64,000 nt of DNA. Origin: Vicugna vicugna (Eukaryota). The position numbers and the translations under genes were made by a program. The stretch spans positions 248,001 to 312,000 of the forward strand of contig MU058221.1 in the NCBI GenBank assembly GCA_013265495.1. Reading direction: 5' to 3'. This document shows positions 37,861 to 50,620 of this stretch, in pieces; position 1 is the first letter of the stretch, and each line of letters starts with the position of its first letter. The notes beneath the pieces were generated by a model. The model was not told where the DNA came from. It saw nothing but the letters and a program-made list of their open reading frames with translations, and searched no databases.

Positions 37861-39365
37861 CCTTTAGGAGGGCCACTGCCTCGCCCTTGTCTATACGATG
37901 CACCTGAAAGGTGACACTGAAGGAGAAACGAAATAAACCCAGGTTTGATATCACCCCCGCACTGAGTCCTAGTTCTCAGTGTTACAGAATCTCTAGCTCC
38001 CTTGGACTCCAGGTCCTTGATGTTAGAGAGGACACGGCTTCCTTCCTCCTGAGTGCATCAGACTTGAGCGATGGTGACTGTCATTATCTCTCCTGAGTGA
38101 GCAGCGAGAGTGAGCATTTCTGTAAACAGAGACCCCTACCTGTGGACAGATTCTCTCTCAAGCCCAGGATGGAAGTCTCACCTCAGGATAAAGGACAATA
38201 CAGATCCAAGGCAGCTGGGCAGAGATGCTTCAGTGCCCAACTTGAGAATGGGCCCAAAGAAGGTGGGTTACTGGCTCCGTGCAAGGGACACAGTGTAAGG
38301 TATACTCTGATGAAAACCTATGAAGGGCTCTTGCTAAAAAATGGAACCTGAGGCTGATCCAGCTTCTAGATATAATTACAAGTTTGTAGAAAACAAAAGC
38401 CAGAGCAGAACATGTTAAAAATAACATGGAGACGTGAGCAAAGAAATCCAACATCTGAGAATCTTGATAGGACGTATGATTCTGGTTTTCTCAGCAGGTA
38501 AATTGCAAGGGCATAGAAGAGAGGGGAAGCAGATATGCAGAGTTTACATCAAGCTGTTCAAATGCAAGCAACGTATTTAGGAAGAAACGGGGAAATTTGA
38601 AAATTGTATATTTGATAGGCTGAAGGATTTATTTTTAATTTTTAAATTGACAAAGGAGATATAACATTTCTTCTCTTTGTGAGCATACGGTGAGGCGAGT
38701 TGAGCTGATTGATCAAACAACTTCCAAAGCTGCCTCCGTGTCGTGTGCTGAGAGGACCCTCATGTAAAACCCTCAGCTGTCATTCAGCAGAAAACACGTG
38801 AGGAAACTGTTCTGGCGAATTCCAGACGCTCATAGAGAAGACTTGGTGGTGGTGGGGAGGTGTCTGTGTGAGATGGTAAATTTCCTGTTACATGGCAGCC
38901 TCTCGGTCAGCCTCCCTGAGATGTTTCCAACACACAGGACTCAGTGTATATGTGTATATATATATTTTTTCTTCTATTTATTCTAATTATTCTTTGTTTC
39001 TTATTTGGTCTTCCACTTTTTTTTCTTTCTTTGGTTTTAACGGAGGCTATTGTACAATTCCATGTTCTCTCCTCTTACCGTATTTACCATATTATCTTTA
39101 AAAATTTTTGTAGTCCCCGGAGAGTTTGCAATATGACACTTACAAGTAACCTAAGTCTACTCTCAAATGCCGTCATATTGCCTCGTGGGTGGAGGGGGCC
39201 TTACAGCTGAGCGCTCCCAGCCTCCCTCTCGCGTCTGTGACGGGGCCGCCACGACTTCACACACCCACAGGCTATAATCACTGAATACATTGCCACTATT
39301 ATTATTTTGAACAAACTGCTATCTGTTAGATCAACTAAGGATAAGAATTTTGTTTTTCATTTACT

Positions 39366-39518
39366 CTTTTTTTTCTCTTCTTTATTTATTTTTTTGTGAG
39401 GGGAGGTAATGAGGTTTACTTATTTATTTATTTACTTTTTAGAGGAGGTGCTGGGAATTGAACCCAGGACCTTGTGGGTGCTAAGCGAACACTCTACCAC
39501 TTGAGCTACACCCTCCCC
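39366..39518 (-). mobile_element. tRNA-derived SINE, Vic-1-like (camelid)
   Basis: Reverse strand reads GGGGAGGGTGTAGCTCAAGTGGTAGAG (A box)...GGTTCAATTCCC (B box) AGCACCTCC, then (TAAA)n, AACCTCATTACCTCCCC and an A-rich tail. Confidence 0.85.
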
Positions 39519-39770
39519 TCAAGACTTTTTTTTTTAATTATCTCATTTATTCCTTTTTTAATGTGTTCTTTCTTTGTGCAGGTTTAAATTTCTGACTTAC
39601 TTTTATTTTGTTAAGGTCATACCACTATCCTCAATAAATTTGTAAGATAATCTCTTTGGAAGCAATTGCAAATAATTACTATAAATTTTAGTGGAACTAT
39701 TTAGTGTGGTTTTAACGTTATATTACAAATAATTTATAATAAACTTTGATATGCTAACATTTTCACTTTA

Positions 39771-40149
39771 TTTATTTTAAACATTTTTAAATTGATTTAT
39801 AATCATTTTACAATGTTGTGTCAAATTCCAGTATAGAGCACAATTTTTCAGTTATACATGAACATATATATATTCATTGTCACATTCCTTTCTCTGTGAG
39901 CTACCATAAGATCTTGTGTATATTTCCCTGTGCTATACAGTATAATCTTGTTTATCTATCCACATATGAGCAATCTCATATGGTATTTTTCTTTCTCTTT
40001 CTGGCTTACTTCACTTAGAATGACATTCTCCAGGGACATCCATGTTGCTGCAAATGGCATTAACAGGAGACTGGATAAAGAAGAGGTGGTATATTTATAC
40101 AATGGAATACTACTCTGCCATAAAATGACAACATAACACCATTTGCAGC
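39771..40149 (-). mobile_element. Young short L1 insertion with 5' inversion (twin priming) and 14-15 bp TSD
   Basis: TSD AACATTTTCACTTTA at 39756-39770 and 40150-40164. Antisense L1 3' end from 39771 to about 40061, then a sense-oriented L1 segment from 40062. Confidence 0.9.
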
Positions 40150-40227
40150 AACATTTTCACTTTAAAAGTTAAACCTGCAAATCGTAATCCTTCAAAGAGT
40201 GAAATACCTGGAACTTGCAGTCAAATT

Positions 40228-40316
40228 TCTCCCTCTCTTCCTTCTTTCCCTTCATCCTTCCTTCCTTCCTTCCTTTTCCCCTCCCTCCATCTCTTCCTCT
40301 CTCTCTTTCTTCTTTT
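40228..40316. repeat. CT-rich low-complexity tract ((CCTT)n-like)
   Basis: Direct observation. Confidence 0.85.
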
Positions 40317-41809
40317 AAAATACTTTCTACAGAGGACACTTTTTATAGGAATGTTCCTTATTTCCAATAATCAAAGCTAGGTGAAATAATAACTTACTTT
40401 AACTACCACGCAGTCAGGTGGAATTCTTCTCCTTTCATTTACCCAGAACTGTTGACCTTTCAACCTCAGTGGCAAATCCAGTGATGGAAATGCTCTCACT
40501 GAAAGACTAAATGCAGCACACAGCACTGCACAGATATGCAGCTTTGGGCCACATGCAAATTAGAACAACGATCTCTTGACAAACTGGTTTGAAATGAGAA
40601 TCCCTTTGATAATAATGGTTTCAATTTATATGTTGTTTCATCTCCTGAGGATTAAAAAAATCCCAATACACTATTATTTGGAAAAGGCTTAAAAACATGA
40701 AAGTTTATGCCCATGTTCCCACAGAATATCAATGAAACATCTGTGAGCAAAATGGAAACTCCTACATCTTACAAATTTTCTCTACTTTCACTGTGCCGAG
40801 GGTACATTTGGAATAGATACTGCTGACAGCAAACGTCACAGCTTGGGTCAGATTGTTCACTGCTCACCATTGAGCCCTGCTACCCACAGCGACCTCGTCT
40901 GCTTGTTTCCAGTTGTCAGGCTGTCAGCTTATTAGGGCCAGGCACCCAGAAGAAATGCTTGGCAGTGTCTTTACTAAGGAACTGCATTTAGATATGCTTT
41001 TCAGAGATATTTGTTTTAACAGCTAAATGCCAAGTGATAGCTGGTTGTTAGTGAAGAGGTAAGGGGGTAAAGTCAGCTGGGTGTGAATGCCTGCAGGGAG
41101 AGAAGCTTAGTGAAGAAGCAACAGGAAGTGCAGTATTCACTCCAAATGTGCGTTTTAAAGTAAAATGCCTAGTATCATCTTCTTAATGTGATTATTTCAA
41201 CATGAAAAATCAAAACTTTTTAATCATTTCATAGGACATAGAAAACATAAAAAGAAAATAATGTGGCTATAGTAAAAAAAAAGCCAGGTGAGAGCTGTCT
41301 TTGCTTTGTTACGTGGTCCTAGCTAAAGAGAGAGCCTGAAAATCTCAGATAGTGCAAAATTCACACCCGTATATTATAGTGTTGCCTCGAATACCTGCAT
41401 ATCCTTGGCCTTATTTCACCTTGCGACTTCTGTACTAAACAGGGACCCGCTCAGACGGTACTTGTAATTCACTAAGATTGTTAAAACAAAAAACAAAAAA
41501 AGCCTCCACCTCTGAGCCCAAACTTGATGTATTTAATCTTGAAAGGCAAACAGCTCCAAGGAGTCCTTTCTCTGCTTTATTTGGCCCCCGGAGAACAATT
41601 CACTCTTAACAGAAGTAACAAATCTTAGAAACATAGCAAGTGGAAGACTGGTGGCCGAGAAGAGCAGACACCATTTGAACGAGTGTAGAGTTAGAGCTGA
41701 GGCAGCTCTTGATTTATCTGTATCGAGACAGAGCTCAGAAAAGTGTACATTTGATATCGAAGTCCTCAGTGCACAGTGAAATCGTCCAGTAAACAAGGCA
41801 GCGGCTGAA

Positions 41810-41844
41810 CCTCCCTGCCCACCTCCCTGCCCTTCTCCCTGCCC
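41810..41844. repeat. 12-bp tandem repeat x3 (cctccctgccc-)
   Basis: cctccctgccca cctccctgccct tctccctgccc. Confidence 0.8.
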
Positions 41845-43164
41845 GCATTGCGATGTAGGAAGCACTGGAGACAGGAAAGAGTTTGCACTGCTTCTGGAAT
41901 CTGAGGATGCTGCTACCCAAATAAAAAGCACTCTGGAATTTCTGCCTAATATGGTGTAACTGGGGTCCGTTAACTAACAGGGACAATGGCACAGTGGATG
42001 CAGGACCCAGAGGGTCGAGCCTCAGTGTCCGCCTGCCACTAGTGAAAGGGGTCCAGGACAAACGGTTGCTACTATCATTGTTATTAGTAATTCGCCTCCC
42101 AGGAGAGGAGTTTCGCAGAGATTCTGATTTATATGAAAAATGCATAGTTTGGGGAGTTTGATTGTGGACGAGTAGATACAATGGAGACATGGAGAGTGAT
42201 GCTTCTGATGGTGGCAGATGTTTCCGGAGAGATCTCTGCACTGCCACAGCATCTCTCCTAGCATAGCCAAAGCTGCACCTGGAAGGGATGAAGGGTTAAC
42301 TGAATGGAGCCTTGCTGGAAAACTCATGGCAAAGATGGCTACACACATCAGGGGGCAACTGTGGCTGAACTGGAAAGGGGTTCCCAAACAGTAGCAGGTA
42401 ATCTCCACCAGGCAGTCACACCTAGGAGACCAGTAAAACTGGAAAAGCTCTGTGTGTGAGAGGGTAGGGTGGCTGGTGTTCACAGACACCAAAGATGACA
42501 ACAAAAAGGGGGCAGTTACGCAGCTGGCCGTAGGACGGAGATGTGGCAACATGACAGTTTCACTCAATCTGACACGTTTCACCTGACAGAGATAAAACCC
42601 TCTCTTCCCAAATACACATAATATATGATATATATATATATATACTATGAATCTGTATTATAGAGTCTTCCAAGCTATCCTATAGGTTATAGCTGTTCCT
42701 TAGTTCCACCCTCCCTTCTTTTGAATCCTTTTGTCAGCTTCAGCATGTCTCAAAGAAGGAGTTATGCAAATTTGCATGCTCTTTGTCAGCTTTCCAGAAG
42801 TCTTAACATCTCTCTTTTTGCGATTCAACCAACAATAAAATGTTTCTTGCATTTGCAAGATGCCCTTTCATTCTGTTGTTTTTGTTCACTATTAAACACA
42901 CACACAACTGGCTGAAACCCAAAGGTCTAATTTGCCTCCAGTTGAGGATTCAGATTTAACAATTTAGTACATTTAAATGATCTTCATATTTTTCTCATTT
43001 TCTTTTTTCACTCACATCACATTTATTTTCTCTTTTGTTTACGAGAATAGTAAATAAGACCAAAATATTATAACAGAGAATTTCCAACCTAATTTAAACA
43101 CAGTGCACTTTTCAAGTGAACGTTGTCCTAATGAATCATTAACTAAATGAGACTGAGAGGCAGT

Positions 43165-43385
43165 GTAGACATCATCCTGGTTAGGACTGGAGGTCTTGGC
43201 GCCAGCTTGCATCGCTCACTTTTCCGCCTGTGTGACTGTGGGCAATTTATGCAGCCTTTCTGCTTTCCGGTTTCCTCTGTGTGAACCCACCACACGGAGC
43301 AGTTGTTGGGATCCAGGAGTAGATACATGTTGGACACCGACATCAGTGCTCTGCTCGTAGTGAGAAGACGTTGCTGTTTATTATT
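43165..43385 (+). mobile_element. MIR relic
   Basis: ctgtgtgactgtgggcaatttatgcagcctttctgctttccggtttcctctgtgtgaa. Confidence 0.65.
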
Positions 43386-43971
43386 AGCATCACCCACATT
43401 CCAGAGATCAACAGAAATAAACGTGAAGTTACTTCGGTTGATGTCAGGACTTCAGGAATTTATACTGTGTGAGTTAGAGGTAAGGTTTTAACCTTTTAAA
43501 ATTTGCTTACAAATAGTTAACTATTGTCCTAGTATTATTTACCAAAAATTTATTTCTGTTCATTTTTTATATTTATGTTACTTCTAAGTTTCTTACATTT
43601 AATGCTGTTATAAAAGTAATCACTTTTAAGCCTCATGTTCTTTTATTACATAAATAATATAAGCTCATTTTAGAAGAAGCACAAAATTCAAATGAGGTAG
43701 AAAGCATATATTTCATATTCCAACTCAAGACACATTTACGTGCATTCCTGTATCAGTTAGCACGACTTAGGTTATTCGGTGGTTAAAAAACCCCAACAAG
43801 TTGAGGTTTGAAACCAGAATGGCTTATTTCAACCTGTCAGTGTACACCCACCTCAAATCAGCTGAGGCGTCTGCTCTGCTGTATCTTAAGCCCCAGCTCG
43901 AGGCAGAACTCAGAAACTGTACTCCTCACGTGACTCAGCTAGAAATTCAGCTTGGGTGATGTGGGTTGGCC

Positions 43972-44345
43972 TATTCCTGCCTCAGTTCATGCTGCTACAA
44001 CAAGCAAAGCACGGGCTGAGTGACTTAAAAAGGAAGCATTGACTTCTCGCAGTTTTGGAGCTAGGAAGTGCAAGTTCAGGGTGCCAGCTCATGTGATGTC
44101 TGGCGAGGACCCTCTTTCTGGTTGGCACACAGCCACCTTCTTGCTGCACATCATCTCATGGTGGAGAGACAGAGCACGCTGTCTTGTCTTTTCCTCTAAG
44201 AACTGAAGACCATCATCAGAGCTCCATCCTCAAGATCTCATCTAAACCCAGTTACGTCCCAAAGGCTCCATGTCCAACTCCCATCACAGCAGGGACTAGG
44301 GCTTCTACATATGAATTTGGGGGCAGGGTAAACACTCAGACACTC
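43972..44345 (-). mobile_element. MaLR LTR (MLT1A/MST-like)
   Basis: gctgctacaaca...ttctcgcagttttggagctaggaagtgcaag...atctaaacccagttacgtcccaaagg...tatgaatttggggg. Confidence 0.8.
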
Positions 44346-46064
44346 CTCAGGGCTAGAGATAGTCCCTTTCGATCCTAAGACCCCACAAATGATGACAGTT
44401 TTTTCAGACATACAGTCATAAATTTGTGATGTGTCTTTACATTCTCATTTTCAACCCTCTGTTCCTTTTGTGACTTCTTTGTGGGTACCTGGAGTTTATT
44501 GAGCTTCAGAGAGAAAGCTGCTTTTAGTCACTTTTCTCTTAACAATTTTGTCAAAATAAAGGACTCACTGGAGCCACACTCTTTGCTGGACCTTTACACC
44601 GAGAAAACTCAATGAATTGAGATATTTGGATGAGGTATGTAGTGGTCATACCCTCGACTTGATCCTGGGTTTTAATGGGATTTCTCCCTCTCAATATTCT
44701 CCATTTACCACCCCCTTGACCGCCAGTTTTGAGTTGAAAGACACTTGTCCCTTTGAACTCCGTAAATCTCTGAATTTGTGAACTCTGCGCTCCCATTAAT
44801 TCTCTGTTTACAGACTGAATATTTTCTGAAATTATCTTTTGCATATGCTGCCTTCCAAACAGAGCCTGCGGATATGCTACCACTTTGTTTTCTGTCCTTT
44901 CTTCCTGGAGCTGCAAGTTTGTTATGAACACGCTCTTCCTTCCAAGAGCTACAGGTGACGGTTTATCAAACGTCTGACCTCTGCATAACGTGCACCACCA
45001 TGTTCTCTGTCTCTAGTGTTGGCTTCTTCACTTTCCACCCCTCTGGCCCCTAATGCAACACCACAAATGTAAGAGCTTTTTGGTGCGCTGTACCCTAGTA
45101 GTGGTACTCATTTACATGAAGATAGGGTGGGTTATGCTCTTGTAATAAAGAGCATCAGTGGTCTAAGCTGGAAAAGGTTTACTTCTTGCTTGTGTCATGT
45201 GTTCACCACAGGTCAGCCGGGAGCTCTCCTCCACCCCTGCTGCTGGGGTGACCCTCATCTGGAGCAATCTCAGTCACTTCAAAAGCGGGAGAAAAGATAA
45301 TGGCATATTTGCACTGGCTCTCAAACTTGTTCTCAGGCAGACACAAAGGAAAATAACCACCCATCATTCCACTGGTCAAAGGGAACTACATGGCTGTATT
45401 TCAAGGGGACGAAGAAGTGAAATAAATTCATGTGTTGGAGAATAGAACTAGAATTCTCAAATTTATCCTCTCTCTCTCTCTCCACCCCTGCCTTATACGT
45501 ATACCATTTATTTATGTGTAATAATTTGATTTACTGTTTCACTGCAGTATTTTCACGTCTGCGTTCTGTCAAACTGGAATGACGCCTGAGATACTGGGAT
45601 GGGGTGTGGGAAAGGGAGGTGCCAGGCAAGCAAGGCCTGGACGACCAAGTTCAACTCACGCAGTCTGGTAACAGTATCTTCTCTTATGCACACAACCCTC
45701 AGAACGTGTGCTCCGAGCATTTCGAGTGTGTTTATTTACTCTTGTCTTCTCTTCTTGGCTGACTTCAGGTTACTGCTGTACGTCCAACGAAGTACACACG
45801 ACCGCGCCACTAAAATATTACCAGTGAACTAGCATTATGGGTTAGTGCTTTCTTTGTGTTCAGCTGTGTTCCCTAGGAAGCCTGGGGCCTGCGTTGAGCA
45901 AGCATGAATCTGCACGGTGGTGTATCCCTCACAATGCATGACAGCATGCTAATGAGTACAGCGTAGAGTACTTGGAAATGGAGTCATTTTAGAGTCCCGT
46001 ACATACCTGAAAATTAGAAGATGATAGCTTCGTGAAACGGCTTGAAAATGGTGCAGGAAGAGGC

Positions 46065-46425
46065 ACCTCGGCCGGAAGTTACCTCTGAACGCAGCTCAGA
46101 CGCGAGCGTCGGGGCGGCCCCGCGGCGGGCGGCGCGCGGCGCGGCGCTGATTCGGGCATTCGCGATAGAAATTAACGCAGGCTCACCTCCCGGCTTGATA
46201 AATTGGCATGAACGACCACTTTATCTGAAATAAGCTTGATAATCAGCGTCTCTGATTACACGGATAAACTGTTGAATCTTTCAGAATGCCTTAACAAATG
46301 CAGGCTGTCTAAATTTGGTGCAGTCGAGGGAGGAGGTTTGAAAGCCCTGAGCCAGTCATGGCTGCGATGAGTGTCATTAAAATAGAATCTTTTTTTGGTC
46401 GCTCGTCTTCTCCCAGATAAGTGTG
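46065..46425. promoter_or_regulatory. Small CpG-rich patch with ETS and clustered GATA motifs (candidate enhancer)
   Basis: CCGGAAGT at 46072-46079. WGATAR at 46196, 46221 (reverse), 46237 and 46415. Dense CpGs at 46100-46165. Confidence 0.4.
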
Positions 46426-49400
46426 GTTTAAGAATACGGGAACACCTGTTCTAGGCGGCAGCTCCCCCACCACTCTAATACGCATGAAGGCTGCGAGCGA
46501 GGGAGAGAGACATGGATCCTAAAAGCGAAATGTCTAACTCGAGAGTTACCAGAAATGACCCCTAGGAAACGGACTGCCCCAGGGCCCTGGCCCACTTCTG
46601 TGTTACATTTGTTAGTCACCAGCTGCACATAACTCACTTCAGTGTGTTTCCGTTAGTAACTGTTGCTCACAGGGCGAGCGGAGCCGTGTGTGGCTCTGCG
46701 GCAGGCGTCCCTCAGTGCTGAGGGCCGTCGTTCCCCGCTCAGGTCTTCCCGCCTTTCCAGGAGGCAGACAGAAAGCAGAGCCAGGTGCTTGCCGGCCCCA
46801 GGGCCCCGCAGAGCCATCTTCTGGCCTCTTCTCTCCTAGCCCAGGTGAACTTTCTATTTAGACCAAAGGAAGCACTGCTTGTATGCTTCTTAAAACTCTC
46901 TGCAACACCACACAGTTTTTCCTAAAGCCTGTGGTTACGTCAAGAGACTGGCCAGATAATTCTGCTTCCCTGCCTACCACGTGCTCACCTGCTTTGGATA
47001 AACAGACACAAAGCTGTGACCACAGGGAGATACGCCACAGGCTGGCAAGAAGAAATGATTTGCGAGTCCCTTGGGTAGAGAGAGAAAGCAAAGGAGAGAA
47101 ATAATCATAGCGAGAAAAAGACCCTACATGGACTGTTCATAAAACCGATGTCAGTGACAATGAGAGTACGTTTCTGGAAAGCTCACTTTACTGCTGGCCG
47201 CTAGAAGACGCGTTGTAACCAGTGAGTGAACTTTCCTATCACCCCTAATAGGGCAGAGGGTGTCTGGGTTACGAGGCGGCGGGAGCATCTCCCTCAAGAG
47301 AGCAGCCAGGCGGGACCTGGGATGAGTCTCCGTGGTCCAGACTCCTGCCTCAGGCCCAGAGGCGGCTTTGGCCCCTGAACCTGTGGTCCCACTGCGACAA
47401 GGCTCAGGGGCCCTGTCCTGAAAGGAGGCTTCGGTAGGCTGCAGAAGTGTGGCGCAGTTAAGACCGATGCACACTTCGTGACCGCATGGCCAGTGATTCA
47501 GCAGGTGTTGACGCTGGACACGCGATCTGTCACCTCAACGGCCAGTATACTTATCTGGGCCTCAACAGGGATAATGATGGAGGTGCCTGAGAAGTGTGGA
47601 TTTATTAAAAATATGCTTATAATGCAGAAGTTAAAGTATCTGGTTAAGTCATTTGATTTGTAAGCTGAGGGAGAGGGCTAAACGGAGTATTTTCAAGACT
47701 AGAAAACGATCATAGGAAACGCTTTTTAATGTAAGGTGGCAGTTTTGAAGGTGTTCACTTTCAGTCTTCCATATCAGAGCTCTATGCCCGAAAGGCCTGT
47801 CACCTTTCTTTCAATGACAGACCTTCCTGTGGTGAAGGTGCGTCTTGTGCCCCTGAAGGGCCAGGAGGCTCTCAGGGAAGCTTCCAGAAGCAGGCCTGAG
47901 ACACTGTTCTCTGGCTTACTCTGCTGCACTGCTTGCTTTATTTGGGGGTTGTGCAGACTTGTTTAACTGAAAAATCAAAGATCAGTCTACTCTCTTCCCA
48001 AGAGAATATTTCTTGAGCTACCACAAGACAAGGGATCAGGAAATAGTCTTTAGTCTAAATTTTGTATTTTTATTTGCTTTTTGCTTGCTAACTTATAATT
48101 TTTTTTTTTTAGAAAATGATAAAACACATTCTCAGAGTCCCAAACAGGGAAGGACAAGTGGTGATTGTATGCCATCCCTGTCAAGCATCTGATTATAAAA
48201 GAGAGAGAGCAGCAGGGAGCCTAGCCAGGTTCATCGAGCTTGATGGCAACAGCATCCTTCTCTGAGTGTAATCTGAGCTGGGAGCAGAGGGTGCAGTGTT
48301 CTCAGATAACTGCTTGGACCTCGACAACACATCGTGGTAACATTTGAATATTATACAATATTATTTTAAGAAATAATGAATAGACCTTTCCAGACATTTT
48401 CCAGTCTGATCTGTCTTTTGCTACTGTAAACTCCTTACTCATTTACTAGCAGAAACAATCTGCCAACTCATCTGGAAAGGCAGACCTGTGTTCTACGCAG
48501 CAGCAAGAACTAGCACTAGGAACAGTGGGATGAAGATGAAAGGAAGAGCTGACTAAATAAGTCACCGTTCTGAATACAGCAGAGATCGCTCTATGACCTA
48601 AGAACATTCTTTGTATTTTTCTGTTATCTGAAGTCCAAATAAGTCCTCCTCCTGCCATTTTATTAAGAGTAATCAGGATTATGGGAAAGAAACTGCACCC
48701 AGACTGTATGTTGTGTATTTATGTTTCTTTGGGTGCTTTGGTTCTGTAAAGTAAATAAGATGGAAATAGCTTTGCATATTCTGCTTTTTCGAAAATGTGA
48801 GCTAAAACAAGAATTATGACATGGGTGTGATAATAAAAACACAGTCTGAAGAGTTTTCATGAGGAAAATGTATGATCATTATGCGATCATACATCATAAT
48901 GGATAGGTCCCTACTGAGGTATCTGTATGATGGTAAACCAAAAACGCTCATGAAAACCTCCTCAGTTTGAAAACTCAGCGTTGGGAAAACTCACAGGAAG
49001 AGAACAGACTTTTTTTTTACTACGTTGCTTCTACCAGTTTTCTAGTCATCAAATTAAGAAGTTTATTCAAAAGTCTAGGAATGTAGAACTTTGTGATATA
49101 TGGTAAATAATTTTGTCTACTAATTTCCCTTTTCTATTCAAATAATGGGTTTTAAAATTGCTAATATTTTAAGTGCCTAATTGTATACTCCAGTTTTTAT
49201 TCCTTCCAGTAATCATGCAAGATAGGCGAAGAACACATCTTTGTGCTATTTTTGGATGGAAAAACTGAGACATAGGAAAAGACAAAATGCCTTGCCCCAA
49301 ATCAGGAATGTTTGTAGCTTTATTATATGTTTATTATTTAATTGTTGATTATCATTCTATAGTATTGATACATCAAGACACATATATAACTAGACAGTAC

Positions 49401-49499
49401 ATTTGGACACTTCGATTGTTTTCAGTTGCTCAGTAGATAGTAGACTATATGTTTTTCTAAAATAATATTTCTGGGTCTTTAAAAACAATGTTTCCTTTT

Positions 49500-50620
49500 G
49501 CCTGTGTCAGCACGTGCCCCAGACTGCACCCAGTGTCCACTTCAGCCCTCCTGCTTCAGTGCTGCTCCCCTCTAGGACGCAGGTGCCATTGCCAGGAGAG
49601 GGAGGGTGCACAGTTGGAGAGAATGAAACCATCTCAGGTGCTTCCTCTCCAGCGCCTCCAGGCCTGAGCTGGTCCTCGAGAGGTCAGTGCGGGCCACTGA
49701 GCATGCAAGAAGCCCTGGCTCACACTGGCTCTGGCTCTGCTCCCTCCATCTTCAGCCTCATCTCCCAACAAGTTACAGGCACCAGCAAACCCTGGGAGAA
49801 GAACAAGACTGATGCTCTTTTCAGATCCAGCTCTCCGACCAGAGTTACTGAGCAAACACAGACTACGCAGGGATGCTCCCACACAAGGACACTCCTTAAA
49901 GACCAGGATAGGTAACCGTCTCACCTAATTTTATAGAGACAAAGAAAGTTAAACAAAATGAGAAGACAGAGAAATTTGTTTCAAATTAAAGAGCAATAAA
50001 AACCCTCTAAAAATACAACTAATGAAAATGAGATAAATAATGTGTCAAATAGACTTCAACACATAGTAATAAGAATGCTAACTAAACTTGGGAAAAATAG
50101 ATTAACACAATGAGAATTTTAATTTTAACTTGGAACTAAAAATATAGAAAAAAGCCACTCAGAGCTAGGGAATGCAGTGATTGAAATGAAAAAAAAATAC
50201 ATTAGAGGAATTAATAGCAGATGAGGTAATATAGAAGAATGCATAATTGATCTGGAAGACAGAATAATGAGAATTACCCAATCAAAGCAGTAAAATGTAA
50301 ACGAAAACCAGGACAACTGAGAGGATCTCTGGCACAGCATCAAGTGTGCTAATATTTAGGGGGTCCCAGAAGGAGAAGAGGGGGAGCGTGGGCTCAGAAA
50401 TGTATTCGATGAAATTATGGCTGCAAACATGCCAATCTTAAGAAGGAAATATCTACCCAGGTGCAGAAAGTACAGAGGGTCCCAATAAAATTAACCCTAG
50501 CAGACTCACACCAAGACATATCATAATTAAAATGGCAAAAGTTAAAGATAAAGAATGAATCCTAAAGGCAGCACATAAAAACAAAGAATCACATACAAGG
50601 GAACCCCCATAAAGCTGTCG
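49500..50620 (+). mobile_element. L1 fragment: end of 5' UTR and most of ORF1
   Basis: ORF1 start atgagaagacagagaaat at 49958. caccaagacatatcataattaaaatggcaaaag. Homologous to 53628-54265. Confidence 0.85.

Noticed and set aside
39443..39518. tRNA gene
   Set aside because: The tRNA-like head is followed by a SINE-specific tail and A-rich end, and the anticodon arm is degenerate. It is a SINE.
41533..42582. Chain of 132-186 aa minus-strand ORFs
   Set aside because: They overlap in different frames, show no recognisable domain or splice structure, and partly overlap simple repeat and probable L2-derived sequence.
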